DNA of 64,000 bases from the NCBI GenBank assembly GCA_963829365.1, contig CAWHIH010000009.1:127178-191177 (forward strand), in the 5' to 3' direction. Below are positions 21,474 through 31,298 of this stretch, piece after piece. How positions within the stretch are numbered: position 1 is the first letter of the stretch; every line of letters begins with the position of its first letter. The DNA comes from an uncultured Alphaproteobacteria bacterium. Lineage in GTDB: Bacteria > Pseudomonadota > Alphaproteobacteria > Acetobacterales > Acetobacteraceae. Under the pieces are notes generated by a model. That model did no database searches and was not told the origin of the DNA. It worked only from the letters and a program-made list of their open reading frames with translations. The position numbers and the translations under genes are program-made.

Positions 21474-22651
21474 CGCGTTTCCCCCAGATGGCGCAGCGCT
21501 TCACCGAGCAGCGACGCATCCGCATCGTCGAACGCAATCGGGTTGATCGCAAGCACGCCCAGCCGGATGCGCGAGGCATCCACATGGATGGCCGGGTCCA
21601 GCGCCCGCAGCGCCGCCTCCGCCCGCACCGCATCGGCGGGGCGCCATTCCAGCAGCGGCAGGCCGGGCTTGGCGCCGTCCGGCACCAGCCGCAGCCCGGC
21701 CAATGGCCCGGCGGCCTGCAGCACCGCGTCCAGCCGGGCGGTCCAGCGGGCGGTGCGGGTGGCGGGATCCTCGGCGACGAAGCGGCGCAGCGCCACCATC
21801 AGCCCGACGATCTCCTCCTTCCCCGCCTTGCAGGACCGGCCGATGCCGTGGTGCGGCAGGCCGCGCATCTGCCGCAGTGGCGGCGAATTCGGCCGGCGGC
21901 CGGAACTGCGCCTCCGGCAGGTCGAGGTCGAGCATCTGCAGCAGGGCGGAGGCCACCAGGTCGCGCCGCCCGGCCAGGATGCCGCTGGCCTGCGGCCCGC
22001 CGATCGCCTTGCCGCCGGAGAAGCACACGAGGTCCGCGCCCTCGGCCAGGAAGCGCCGCAGGTTGCCGGCGGGCGGCAGTTGCGCCGCCGCATCCACCAG
22101 CACCGGCACGCCGCGCGCCTGGCGCCACCCGCGCACCTCCGGCAGGGGCGGCTCGCTGCCCGCGCCGCGCCAGGTAGTACACCGCCGCGGTGCGCGTGCG
22201 TGATCGCGGCGGCGATCTCCCAGGCGGCGGCGTCGCGCACGCCGGGGCCGCGATAGCGGTCCGGGATGCCGACTTCGACGATGCGGCCGCCGGCGACCTC
22301 GCAGCGCGCGGTCGTACATGTTGCGCTGGCTGCGGACCATGATGAACTCGCGTTCCGCCGGCCGCGGGTGTCCGGCAGCGCGGTTCATCGCGGCCGGGGT
22401 CGAGCCGCGCCAGGCAGGCCGCCGCGCCCAGCAGCAGCGCGGCCGAGGCGCCGGCGGTGACGATGCCGGCCTCGGCGCCGGTCGCCGCGCTGATGGCCCG
22501 CGACGCGGCGGCCTGCAGGTCCGAGCATGTCCACGCAGGCGCGGGCGGCCTCCGCCATGGCCGCCGACGACCTCCGGCGCCATCAGGCCGCCGGAGAGGC
22601 GGGTGATTGGTGCCGTAGGCGTTGATGATGCGGCGGTACGCCGGCAATCAT
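21470..22651 (-). CDS. SelA/DgaE-like PLP-dependent enzyme (many frameshifts)
   Basis: [59 protein letters not shown]. Confidence 0.78.
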
Positions 22652-24142
22652 GCTGCGCTCCGCGTGCGGCGCACCGCGTCCTGCCAGCCGGCGTGGCGGC
22701 GTGCGCTTCGCTCGCGGCATCGGCGGCGGGAAGCGGCGTTCCAGCCGCCAGTGCGGCGCTGGCGGCGCCGGGCGGCGGGAACATCCCGGCCTGCAATCCG
22801 GCCAGCCAGGCGGCGCCGAGCGCGGTGGTTTCCATCACCTCGGGCGGTCCACCGGCGCGCCGAGCAGATCGGCCAGGAACTGCATGGTCCAGTCGCTGGC
22901 GACCATGCCGCCATCCACCCGCAGCACCATCTCGCCCATGTCGGGGCAGTCGGCGTGCATCGCGTCCAGCAGGTCGCGGGTCTGGAAGGCGACGCTCTCC
23001 AGCGCGGCGCGGGCGATCTCGGCGCGGGCCGGTGTTGCGGGTCAGGCCGAGGATGCGCGCCGCGCGCCTCGGCATCCCACCACGGCGCGCCGAGGCCGAC
23101 GAAGGCCGGCACCAGGTACACCTGCTGCGCCGGGTCCGCCTGCGCCGCCAGCGCGCCCGCTCTCCGCCGCGTCGCCGATGATGCCGAGCCCGTCGCGCAG
23201 CCACTGCACCGCGGCGCCGGCGACGAAGATCGCGCCCTCCAGCGCGTAGGTCCGCACGCCGCCCAAGCTGCCAGGCGAGGTGGTCAGCAGGCGGTTGCGC
23301 GAGACGACCGGCGTCGTCGCCGGTGTTCAGCAGCGGCGAAGCAGCCGGTGCCATAGGTGGATTTCAGCATCCCCGGGCGCGAAGCAGGCCTGGCCGAGGG
23401 TCGCCGCCTGCTGGTCGCCGGCGATGCCGCGGACCGGCACCGGCGGCGCCCAGCACGCCGGGATCCGTCATGCCGAATTCGGCGGCGCAGTCGCGCACCT
23501 CGGGCAGGATCGCGGCGGGGATGTCGAACAGCCGCAGCAGGTCCTCGTCCCAGCAGCCGCGGGTGATGTCGAACAGCATGGTACGGGCGGCGTTGGTGGC
23601 ATCCGTCGCATGCACCCGGCCGCCGGTCAGCCGCCACAGCAGGAAGCTGTCCACCGTGCCGAAGGCCAGCTCGCCGCGCGCCGCCTGGGCGCGCGCGCCG
23701 GGAACGTTGTCCAGCAGCCAGGCCAGCTTGGTGGCGGAGAAATACGGGTCCGCCAGCAGCCCGGTGCGGGCGGTGATCAGCGCCTCATGCCCGGCGTCCC
23801 GCAGCCGGGCGCAGGCCTCGGCGGTGCGGCGGTCCTGCCAGACGATGGCGCGATGGACCGCTCGGCCGCTGGCGCGGTCCCACAGCACCACCGTCTCGCG
23901 CTGGTTGGTGATGCCGATGCCGGCGACCTCGCGCGGCGCCGCGCCGGCCTGCCGCAGCGCCCGCGCAGCACCGCCAGCGCGGCCTGCCAGATATCCTCGG
24001 GCTCGTGCTCCACCCAGCCGGGGGCCGGGAAATGCTGCGGCAGCTCCTGCTGCGCCATCGCCACCGGCCGCAACTCCGGCCCGAACAGGATGGCGCGGGT
24101 GGAGGTGGTGCCCTGGTCGAGGGCCAGCAGAACATTTCCCAT
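22648..24142 (-). CDS. glpK: Glycerol kinase (many frameshifts)
   Basis: [74 protein letters not shown]. Confidence 0.9.
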
Positions 24143-24227
24143 GCCGGCCAGCCTGCCCCGCGCGATGGACCTCGACAAGCGCCGCGGCGGTGGGCCAAGT
24201 GGCGCCCTGTCCTGCCCGGAGCCCAGC

Positions 24228-25400
24228 ATGCCCATCATCAACCGCATCGCCGATTTCGCCCCCGAGATGGCCGAGTGGCGGCAGGATTTCCACCGGCACC
24301 CGGAACTGGGCTTCCAGGAATTCCGCACCAGCGACATCGTCGCGGCGAAGCTGGCGGAGTGGGGCATCGAGGTGCACCGCAACATCGCCACGACCGGCGT
24401 GGTGGGCGTGCTGCGGAACGGCGGCGGCGGCCGCAGCATCGGCCTGCGCGCCGACATGGACTGCCTGGCGATGGACGAGCAGACCGGCGCCCCGCACGCT
24501 TCCACCACCCCCGGCCGGATGCACGCCTGCGGCCATGACGGCCACACCGCGACCCTGCTCGGCGCGGCGAAATACCTGGCGGAAACCCGCAACTTCGACG
24601 GCACCGTCCATTTCATCTTCCAGCCGGCGGAGGAAGGCGGCGGCGGCGGCCGGGTGATGGTCGAGGAAGGCCTGTTCGATCGTTTCCCCTGCGACCAGGT
24701 CTACGGCATCCACAACGACCCGAGCCTGCCGCTCGGCGAATGCGCGGCGGTGCCCGGGCCGATCCTCGCCGCCTCGGACAGGCTGGCGATCACCGTGCGC
24801 GGTACCGGCGGGCATGCCGCCAAGCCGCATCTCACCATCGACCCGGTGATGGTCGGCGCGCATATCCTGGTGGCCCTGCAGGCGCTGGTCGCCCGGCGGG
24901 TGGACCCGCTGCACAGCGCGGTGCTCAGCGTCACCCAATTCCATGCCGGCAGCGCCAGCAACGTCATCCCCGATGTGGCGGAGCTGAAGGGCACCGTGCG
25001 GACCCTGCTGCCCGAGGTGCGCGACCTGATGGAGCGGCTGATCACCCAGGTGGCGCAGAACACCGCCGCCGCCCATGAAGCCACCGCCGAGGTGGTCTAC
25101 ACCCGCAACTACCCGCCCACCGTGAACCACCCGGAGGAAGCCGCGCGGGCCGCGCTGGCCGCCGCCAAGGTGCTCGGCGAGGCCCGGGTCCACCGCAACC
25201 TGCCGCCGATCATGGGCGCCGAGGATTTCTCCTTCATGCTGCTGGAACGGCCCGGCGCATTCGTCTTCATGGGCCAGCATGGCGCCGGCAAGGGCGGCGT
25301 GCCGGTGCACCACCCCGAATACGACTTCAACGACGACATGCTGCCGCTGGGCGCCAGCTACTTCGCCACGCTGGTCGAGCAGGAACTTCGCCGCGGCTAG
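24228..25400 (+). CDS. M20 family amidohydrolase (hippurate hydrolase-like)
   Basis: [45 protein letters not shown]. Confidence 0.93.
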   Translation: MPIINRIADFAPEMAEWRQDFHRHPELGFQEFRTSDIVAAKLAEWGIEVHRNIATTGVVGVLRNGGGGRSIGLRADMDCLAMDEQTGAPHASTTPGRMHACGHDGHTATLLGAAKYLAETRNFDGTVHFIFQPAEEGGGGGRVMVEEGLFDRFPCDQVYGIHNDPSLPLGECAAVPGPILAASDRLAITVRGTGGHAAKPHLTIDPVMVGAHILVALQALVARRVDPLHSAVLSVTQFHAGSASNVIPDVAELKGTVRTLLPEVRDLMERLITQVAQNTAAAHEATAEVVYTRNYPPTVNHPEEAARAALAAAKVLGEARVHRNLPPIMGAEDFSFMLLERPGAFVFMGQHGAGKGGVPVHHPEYDFNDDMLPLGASYFATLVEQELRRG

Positions 25401-25504
25401 AGCAAACCCCGAACGGGTGAAATCAGCCGGCAGGGGTAATTTGCTCGCTTGAACAACAGGCTGGAACGCTTTCCGTGAGCCAGGTCGAACGGAAAGCGCT
25501 CCAG
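25397..25504. repeat. 108-bp two-hairpin intergenic palindromic element, copy 1 (RIME/RPE/MITE-like)
   Basis: CTAGAGCAAACCCC...GGGGTAATTTGCTC plus CTGGAACGCTTTCCG...CGGAAAGCGCTCCAG; highly similar to 55540-55647. Confidence 0.9.
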
Positions 25505-25507
25505 CCG

Positions 25508-25681
25508 CTAGGCATGCGGGTCGGGGCCGCTTTTCGGCGTCGTGGCCACGGAATGCTCGTTGTTGCGCTTGGCATTCCGGACCCGCACCCATTGCCAGAT
25601 CCCGATCGCCAGGGCGGCGAACAGGGTCATGGCGAACAACCAGATAATGATGCTGCTGCTGCCGGCGGCTTCCTGGTCCAT
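25508..25681 (-). CDS. Small single-TM hypothetical protein (57 aa)
   Basis: [41 protein letters not shown]: hydrophobic helix followed by basic residues; GGGAG upstream. Confidence 0.6.
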   Translation of the reverse strand: MDQEAAGSSSIIIWLFAMTLFAALAIGIWQWVRVRNAKRNNEHSVATTPKSGPDPHA

Positions 25682-25776
25682 GCTGGGCGACTCCCGGTTC
25701 GGTGTACCGGGCAGACGCACGGGAAGCGGCAGCGTTCCGCCGCTCCCGCTTGGGGTCACGCCGGCGTGTGGACCGG

Positions 25777-26718
25777 TCAGCCTTCCGCGCGCAACGCCGC
25801 GGCGGCGGCGATCAGCATGCGCTCGTAGCGGTCCCGCGCGGCGGCCGCGGTCTCGGGCGTCCAGTCCCAGAAGCCCGCGCCGGTCTTGGCGCCCAGCCGG
25901 CCCTCGGCCACCAGCTTCGCCAAGGTCGGGCTCGGCGTGGTGCGGCTGGTGAGGGAGGGATAGATGGTCGTCGCCGCGGCGAGCTGGGTCTCAAGCCCCG
26001 CCAACTCCTTCTGCAGGATCGGGCCGGCGCCCATGATCCGCATGCCGAAGGTGTAGCGCACCGCCTTGTCCACATCCTCCGGGCTGGCCAGGCCCTCGTC
26101 AATCGCGTTGAACGCCTCCCGCACCATGGCGTGCTGGATGCGGTTGGCGAGGAAGCCCGGCACGTCCCGCGCGACCCGGATGGGCACCCGGCCGAGGCTG
26201 GCCATGATCTCGGCCAGCCGGTCGCAGGCGGCAGGGTCGGTGTGCTCGCCCTGCACCACCTCCACGCCCGGCACCAGATGCGCGGGGAGGAAGAAGTGCA
26301 GGTTGGCCATCCGCGACCGGGTTGCGCAGCCTTCCGAGACATCGGTGATGCGGAAGCCGGAGGCGTTGGTGGCCACCGGCACGCCGGCCGGCACCATCCT
26401 GTCCAGTTCGGCGAAGACGGCGCGCTTGAGGTCGAGCCGCTCGGGCACCGCCTCGACCACCACATCCACGTCGGCGAAGCCGACATCCTCCAGCGTCGCC
26501 ACCAGATCCAGCAGGTCCACCCGCCCCGGCGCGGCCCCGAGCTGGGCGAGCGAGGCCGTGACGCGGTCCAGCCGGGCGGGCCAGCTCGCGCGGTCCGGCT
26601 CCACCGCCGTCACCCGCCAGCCGCCGGCGAGGAAGATGGCCGCGATGTCGCAGCCCATCAGGCCGAAGCCGATGATCGCCGCCTGGCCGGGCGGCGTTGC
26701 GGGGGGGTCAGCAGGCAT
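25777..26718 (-). CDS. 3-hydroxyacyl-CoA dehydrogenase family protein
   Basis: [47 protein letters not shown]. Confidence 0.9.
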   Translation of the reverse strand: MPADPPATPPGQAAIIGFGLMGCDIAAIFLAGGWRVTAVEPDRASWPARLDRVTASLAQLGAAPGRVDLLDLVATLEDVGFADVDVVVEAVPERLDLKRAVFAELDRMVPAGVPVATNASGFRITDVSEGCATRSRMANLHFFLPAHLVPGVEVVQGEHTDPAACDRLAEIMASLGRVPIRVARDVPGFLANRIQHAMVREAFNAIDEGLASPEDVDKAVRYTFGMRIMGAGPILQKELAGLETQLAAATTIYPSLTSRTTPSPTLAKLVAEGRLGAKTGAGFWDWTPETAAAARDRYERMLIAAAAALRAEG

Positions 26719-26749
26719 GACGGGTTTCCCTTGTTGTCGTGCCCGCAGG

Positions 26750-27844
26750 TTACGCCGGCATGGCGGCCGGTGGCACCCCGGCATTGGCCGCCCCGCGCAG
26801 CATCGCCGCGGCATCGTCGTACAGGAAGGGCAGGGTGGCGTAGCGGATGCCGCGGGTCACCCGCGTCGCCTCATGCAGCAGCGAGCAGGAGAACACCACC
26901 GCGCCGCCCGCCGGCGGGCGGTAGCGCCGGCGGCTGAATTCGGGGAACCACAATTCGCCGCCCTCGAAGGCATCGTTCAGGTTGATGGTCACGGCGAAGC
27001 GGCGGTGCGCGGTGGCCGGGGTGGTGTTGTCGCGGTGGGCGCGGAAATGGCCGCCCTCGGCGGCGTCGTAGCAGGCGACGATGTAGCGCTCGATCCGGGT
27101 CGCCTGGAACTGGAACGCCTTGCGGATCTCCGGCACCAGCCGCCGGATGATCCGGGCGCGGATGCCGGCCTGCACCGTGGCATCCTCGATCACCAGGTCG
27201 CGCCGGCGCTTGGCGGCGGGGTCTTGGGCGCCGATGGTCCGGCCGTCGCGTTCCACCATGAAGCCGCTTTCGGTGCCGCCCTGCGCCGCATACAGCGCAA
27301 TGAGCCGCTGGCAGAAATCCGGCTCGAACACCCGCGGCAGCAGCAGCACCGGGGGCGGCGTCTCCTGCCCGGCGTGCAGCAGCGCCGTCGGCAGCCGGCG
27401 CAGCAGCGCGAGCACCGCCGGCAGTTGGGCGGCCGGCGCGACCGCGATCACCCGCAGCAGCGGATCGAGCAGGAAAACCGCCGGGGCATAGGCTGGCCCG
27501 TCCTGCACCGTCCCATAGGCCCGGCTGACCGCGAGGTCCGGGTCGAACAGAACCCGCAGGCCGGGCATGGCATCGGGCGGGGCGGCGGCCGGGTCCCGCT
27601 CGATGCTCACCAGGAAGGCGGTGGCGTTGGTGTCATCCAGCAGCCCCTCCGCGCGGGCTTCCTGCAGGGTGGCCAGGGCCGCCGCCACGCCGGGCTGTGC
27701 GGCCGGGCCGGGGAAGGCCAGCACCACGTACCGCCCGGCCACCGAGGCGAAGTTGTAGCGGGGATTGTTGGCGGTCGCGGCGCGGAACCACGGCGCCGGA
27801 TCGCCGGGCAGGATGCGGATCGGCGCCGGCTCGCGCTGGGTCAT
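26750..27844 (-). CDS. Redoxin(AhpC/TSA)-like domain fused to 2OG-Fe(II) oxygenase
   Basis: PGDPAPWF N-terminus; HRDNT, FEGGEL.FPE, LLHEA, RYATL. Confidence 0.82.
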   Translation of the reverse strand: MTQREPAPIRILPGDPAPWFRAATANNPRYNFASVAGRYVVLAFPGPAAQPGVAAALATLQEARAEGLLDDTNATAFLVSIERDPAAAPPDAMPGLRVLFDPDLAVSRAYGTVQDGPAYAPAVFLLDPLLRVIAVAPAAQLPAVLALLRRLPTALLHAGQETPPPVLLLPRVFEPDFCQRLIALYAAQGGTESGFMVERDGRTIGAQDPAAKRRRDLVIEDATVQAGIRARIIRRLVPEIRKAFQFQATRIERYIVACYDAAEGGHFRAHRDNTTPATAHRRFAVTINLNDAFEGGELWFPEFSRRRYRPPAGGAVVFSCSLLHEATRVTRGIRYATLPFLYDDAAAMLRGAANAGVPPAAMPA

Positions 27845-27949
27845 CGGCAAGGGTTCCATTCGCCAATAGGTTTCATGGACAAGTATCCATGTTTGGGGGC
27901 ATCCGCGAAGGGCGCTACAATAATCTTTTTCGAAACTGGAGGATTGTGG

Positions 27950-28417
27950 ATGCGGCGTCGGGCCCTGCTTCTTACGCTGGCACCGTCCCTCGCGGCGCCC
28001 TTCGTGCTGGCCGGGCGGGCCGCTGCGCAACCGCGCCCGGGCCCGCCGCATGAATGGGTGTTCGGCTCCTGGACCGGCGGGCAGTACCCGCCGAACGACT
28101 GGGAAAGCCTGGCCTGCTTCGGCAGCCCGACGGTGATCTTCACCCGCGACCTGGTGATGCGGGTCAGCGCGCTCGACACCGCCTATCGCCAGCGAACCAT
28201 CGAGACGGTGGCGCTGCGGCCGGATGGGCTTGAATTCCGCTTCATTCCGCTGGCGCCGATGCAGGGCCCGCTCGGCTCGCGCCTGCCGCCCGACATCGGC
28301 TTCGGCTGCGACCGCAACCCGAACATCCTGCTGGTGGAACGCCGCGGCCCGGATGAGATCGTGTTCCCGGGCTGCAACGAATTCCCCTTCCCCCTGCGCC
28401 GTTGCGTCACACGATAG
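27950..28417 (+). CDS. Exported hypothetical protein with twin-arginine-like signal
   Basis: MRRRALLLTLAPSLAAPF..AAAQ; 4 Cys; GGAGG RBS upstream. Confidence 0.7.
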   Translation: MRRRALLLTLAPSLAAPFVLAGRAAAQPRPGPPHEWVFGSWTGGQYPPNDWESLACFGSPTVIFTRDLVMRVSALDTAYRQRTIETVALRPDGLEFRFIPLAPMQGPLGSRLPPDIGFGCDRNPNILLVERRGPDEIVFPGCNEFPFPLRRCVTR

Positions 28418-28425
28418 GCCGGCCC

Positions 28426-29086
28426 ATGCGTATCGCCCTGATCCATGCCCTGCGGCATTCCCCGCCGCCGATCGAGGCCGCCTTCGCCCGCGCCTGGCCC
28501 GAGGCGGTGCTGATGAACCTGCTGGATGACAGCCTCTCGGCCGATCTCGGCCGGGAAGGCGCGCTGACGCCGGGGATGACGGAGCGCTTCCTTACCCTGT
28601 CGCGCTATGCCGTCGGCACCGGGGCGGACGGCATTCTCTTCACCTGCTCCGCCTTCGGCCCCTGCATCGAGGCCGTGGCCAATGAGCGTGGCGCCGATGC
28701 CGGTGCTGAAGCCGAACGAGGCGATGATCGAGGAAGCGGTGGCCGAGGCGCGCCGGCTGGCCGCCCCGGGCACCCGCCCGCGCATCGGCCTGCTCGCCAC
28801 CTTCCAGCCGACGCTGGAGATCATGCCGCCGGAATTCCCCGATGACGTGACGGTGGTACCGCAGCATGCCGCCGGGGCGCTGGCGGCGCTCGATCGCGGC
28901 GATCCGGCGGAGCACGACAGGCTGGCGGCCGAGGCGGCCAGGGCGCTGGCCGGTTGCGATGTGGTGGCGCTGGCGCAGTTCAGCCTGGCGCGGGCCGCGC
29001 CGCTGGTGGAAGCCGCGACCGGCCGGCCGGTATTCACCACGCCGGACAGCGCGGTGCGCAAGCTGCGGCGCCTGCTGGACCGCTAG
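28426..29086 (+). CDS. Asp/Glu racemase-family protein (frameshift near 28685)
   Basis: MRIALIHA, NLLDDSL, GILFTCSAFG, VLKPNEAM, LAQFSLA, TTPDSAV. Confidence 0.8.
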
Positions 29087-29152
29087 CGCGACCGATTGAC
29101 GGCGGCGGCGGCCGACCCGACGCTGCGGCGAACCACGGGAAGGAACGCCGCC

Positions 29153-29908
29153 ATGTACCAGATCGATGTGCTGATCCAGGGCTATCCCGGCAAGTCGCTC
29201 TGCCATGGGGCGCTCGGCTGGAGCACCGTCGCGCTGCTGCGCGGCGGGGGCAGGACGATTCTCATCGATGTCGGCTCCTTCGCGGTGCGGTCGGAGCTTG
29301 GCAGACAGCTCCAGGCCGCCGGCTGCCCGCCCGAGAGCGTGACGGATGTGGTGCTGACCCACGCCCATTGGGACCATTCGGTGAACTACACGCTGTTCCC
29401 GAACGCCGGGATCTGGATCGGCCGGGCCGAGATGGACTGGGCGACCAGCGTCCCCACCGGCTTCAACCCGCTGCCGGAACTGTATGTGCAGGACTTGGCG
29501 CGGCACCCCCGGCTGCACCTGCTGGAGGATGGCGAGGATTTCCTCGACGGCCTCACTGCGCATCTCTGCCCCGGCCATACGCCGGGCTGCCTGGTGTTCC
29601 GGCTCACCGGCAACGAGGTGCCGGTGGTGTTCAGCGGCGATGCGGCGAAGAACCGCGCGGAGCTGCTCTCGCTGGCCACCGACATGACCATGGACGCCGG
29701 CGCCAGCCGCACCAGCCTGGAGCGCATCTGGGCCCTGTGGAAGCAGCAGCCGGGCACGCTGCTGATCCCGGGGCATGACCTGACCATGCGACTGGATGCC
29801 GCCGGCCGGCCGGAGTTCATCGGCCAGCGCCGCGCCGGCATCGCCGCCTGGTTCACCGAGGAGCTGGAGGTGATGCAGGAATTCGACATCACCGAACCGC
29901 GCTTCTGA
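29153..29908 (+). CDS. MBL-fold metallo-hydrolase
   Basis: THAHWDH, PGHTPG, FSGDA, IPGHD. Confidence 0.9.
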   Translation: MYQIDVLIQGYPGKSLCHGALGWSTVALLRGGGRTILIDVGSFAVRSELGRQLQAAGCPPESVTDVVLTHAHWDHSVNYTLFPNAGIWIGRAEMDWATSVPTGFNPLPELYVQDLARHPRLHLLEDGEDFLDGLTAHLCPGHTPGCLVFRLTGNEVPVVFSGDAAKNRAELLSLATDMTMDAGASRTSLERIWALWKQQPGTLLIPGHDLTMRLDAAGRPEFIGQRRAGIAAWFTEELEVMQEFDITEPRF

Positions 29909-30520
29909 ATGGCGCCAGGGCCGCAGCCGCGCGCCTGGGTGCGCCTGCCCTCCGGCCGGCGGCTGGACCTGCTCGCCCCGACGCCCTTCGACTGGGCGGA
30001 GGAGGACCTCGCCATCGGCCTGTCCCGCACCTTCCGCTGGGGCGGGCATTCCATCTGGCCCGGGGCGCCGCTGTCGGTCGCGCAGCACTCGCTGGCGGTG
30101 CTGGCGCTGCGCCGGTCGCGCGGGCCGCTGACGCCACCCCAGGCACGCCGCGAATTGCTGCATGATGCCGAGGAAGGGCTGATCAACTTCGACTGCATAT
30201 CGCCGCTGAAGCCCTTCCTCGGCCCCGGCTTCGCCGCCCTGCAGACCCGGCTGCAGGACGTGGTCGCGCTGCGCTACGGCCTGCCCGCCTGGACCGCCGA
30301 GGAGAAGCGCGCCCATAAATCCTGCGACGTGGCGCTGGCGGCGGCCGAGGCGGTGCATGTCGCCGGCTGGACCCGGGCGGAGGTGCGCGGGACGCTCGGC
30401 ATCCGCGCCGGGGTGATGGAGGCGGACCCCCTGCTGCCGATCTACGGCGGCGACCCCTGGCGTCCCTGGCCACCGGAGCTGGCCGCGGAGCGATTTCTCG
30501 CGGCGCTGGCGGCAAGCTGA
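29909..30520 (+). CDS. HD-family phosphohydrolase (YfbR/YfdR-like)
   Basis: RWGGHS, LSVAQHS, LLHDAEE, SPLKP. Confidence 0.8.
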   Translation: MAPGPQPRAWVRLPSGRRLDLLAPTPFDWAEEDLAIGLSRTFRWGGHSIWPGAPLSVAQHSLAVLALRRSRGPLTPPQARRELLHDAEEGLINFDCISPLKPFLGPGFAALQTRLQDVVALRYGLPAWTAEEKRAHKSCDVALAAAEAVHVAGWTRAEVRGTLGIRAGVMEADPLLPIYGGDPWRPWPPELAAERFLAALAAS

Positions 30521-30599
30521 AAACCATTGGACATTCCAGCAGTTAGCAGTGATTCCTAAGGTTTGAATCCAGGCGCCATCGGGCGGGGAGCCGCGCGCC

Positions 30600-31226
30600 A
30601 TGATGGCGGGCTCACATGTTGCACTGGGCGCGGCGGCCTGGGTGGTCGCCGCGCCGCATTTCGGCCAGCCCGCGCTGGATGCCGGGGCGATGGCGCTCGC
30701 CGGCCTCGGCGGGCTGCTGCCCGACGTGGACCACCCCAAATCCTGGGTCGGCAAGCGGCTGCGGCCGGCCTCGGACATCATCGCCAAGGTGTTCGGGCAT
30801 CGCGGCATCACCCATTCGCTGGTCGCGGTGGTCGGCTGCTGGCTGCTGCTGCAGCACCAGGCGGTGCCGCTGGAGATCGCCGTGCCGGTGGTCGTCGGCT
30901 ACCTCAGCCACCTCGCGGCGGATCTGCTGACACCGGCCGGGCTGCGGCTGTCCTGGCCGCTCAAGGGCACCTGGGCGCTGCCGGTCTGCCGCACCGGCTC
31001 CCCCTTCGAGCCGGTGCTGGTCGCCGCGCTGATCGCCGCCGCCTGGTGCACCCTGCCGGACCGGCCGGACCCGCGGCAGTACATCGAACAGGTCAGCGAA
31101 AGCATCGGGCTGGAGCGCATGGGCTTCTGCTTCGGCTGCGAGGTGCTGCCGTTGCCGCCGCCCGCGCCGCCACCGCCGCCGCGGCGCAAGCTGGCCGACC
31201 ACGCCGGGCGCGACACCCGCGGATAA
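30600..31226 (+). CDS. YdjM-family membrane metal-dependent hydrolase
   Basis: SH, LLPDVDHP, HRGITHSL, GYLSHLAADLLTPAG. Confidence 0.88.
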   Translation: MMAGSHVALGAAAWVVAAPHFGQPALDAGAMALAGLGGLLPDVDHPKSWVGKRLRPASDIIAKVFGHRGITHSLVAVVGCWLLLQHQAVPLEIAVPVVVGYLSHLAADLLTPAGLRLSWPLKGTWALPVCRTGSPFEPVLVAALIAAAWCTLPDRPDPRQYIEQVSESIGLERMGFCFGCEVLPLPPPAPPPPPRRKLADHAGRDTRG

Positions 31227-31298
31227 TCGCCCGCCCCCCTTGGCCTCCGGGCACGGCCGCGCTTGGATGCGCGGCAACGACCCTCGGGAGTGAACCAC

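Noticed and set aside
21470-22651. True selenocysteine synthase selA
   Set aside because: Shorter than SelA, lacks its N-terminal domain, and no selB/selC nearby; better described as SelA/DgaE-like
23280-25592. Very long ORFs (706 aa + and 742 aa -) suggesting fusions or overlapping genes
   Set aside because: High-GC shadow ORFs; they resolve into divergent glpK and M20 hydrolase genes
26066-28417. 783-aa plus-strand ORF
   Set aside because: Antisense shadow of two minus-strand genes; only 27950-28417 looks coding
29909-30520. Prophage remnant suggested by the YfdR-like HD gene
   Set aside because: No integrase, structural genes, att sites or compositional shift nearby
30521-30599. LexA box upstream of the YdjM-like gene
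   Set aside because: No GTTC-N7-GTTC or GAAC-N7-GAAC found in this interval
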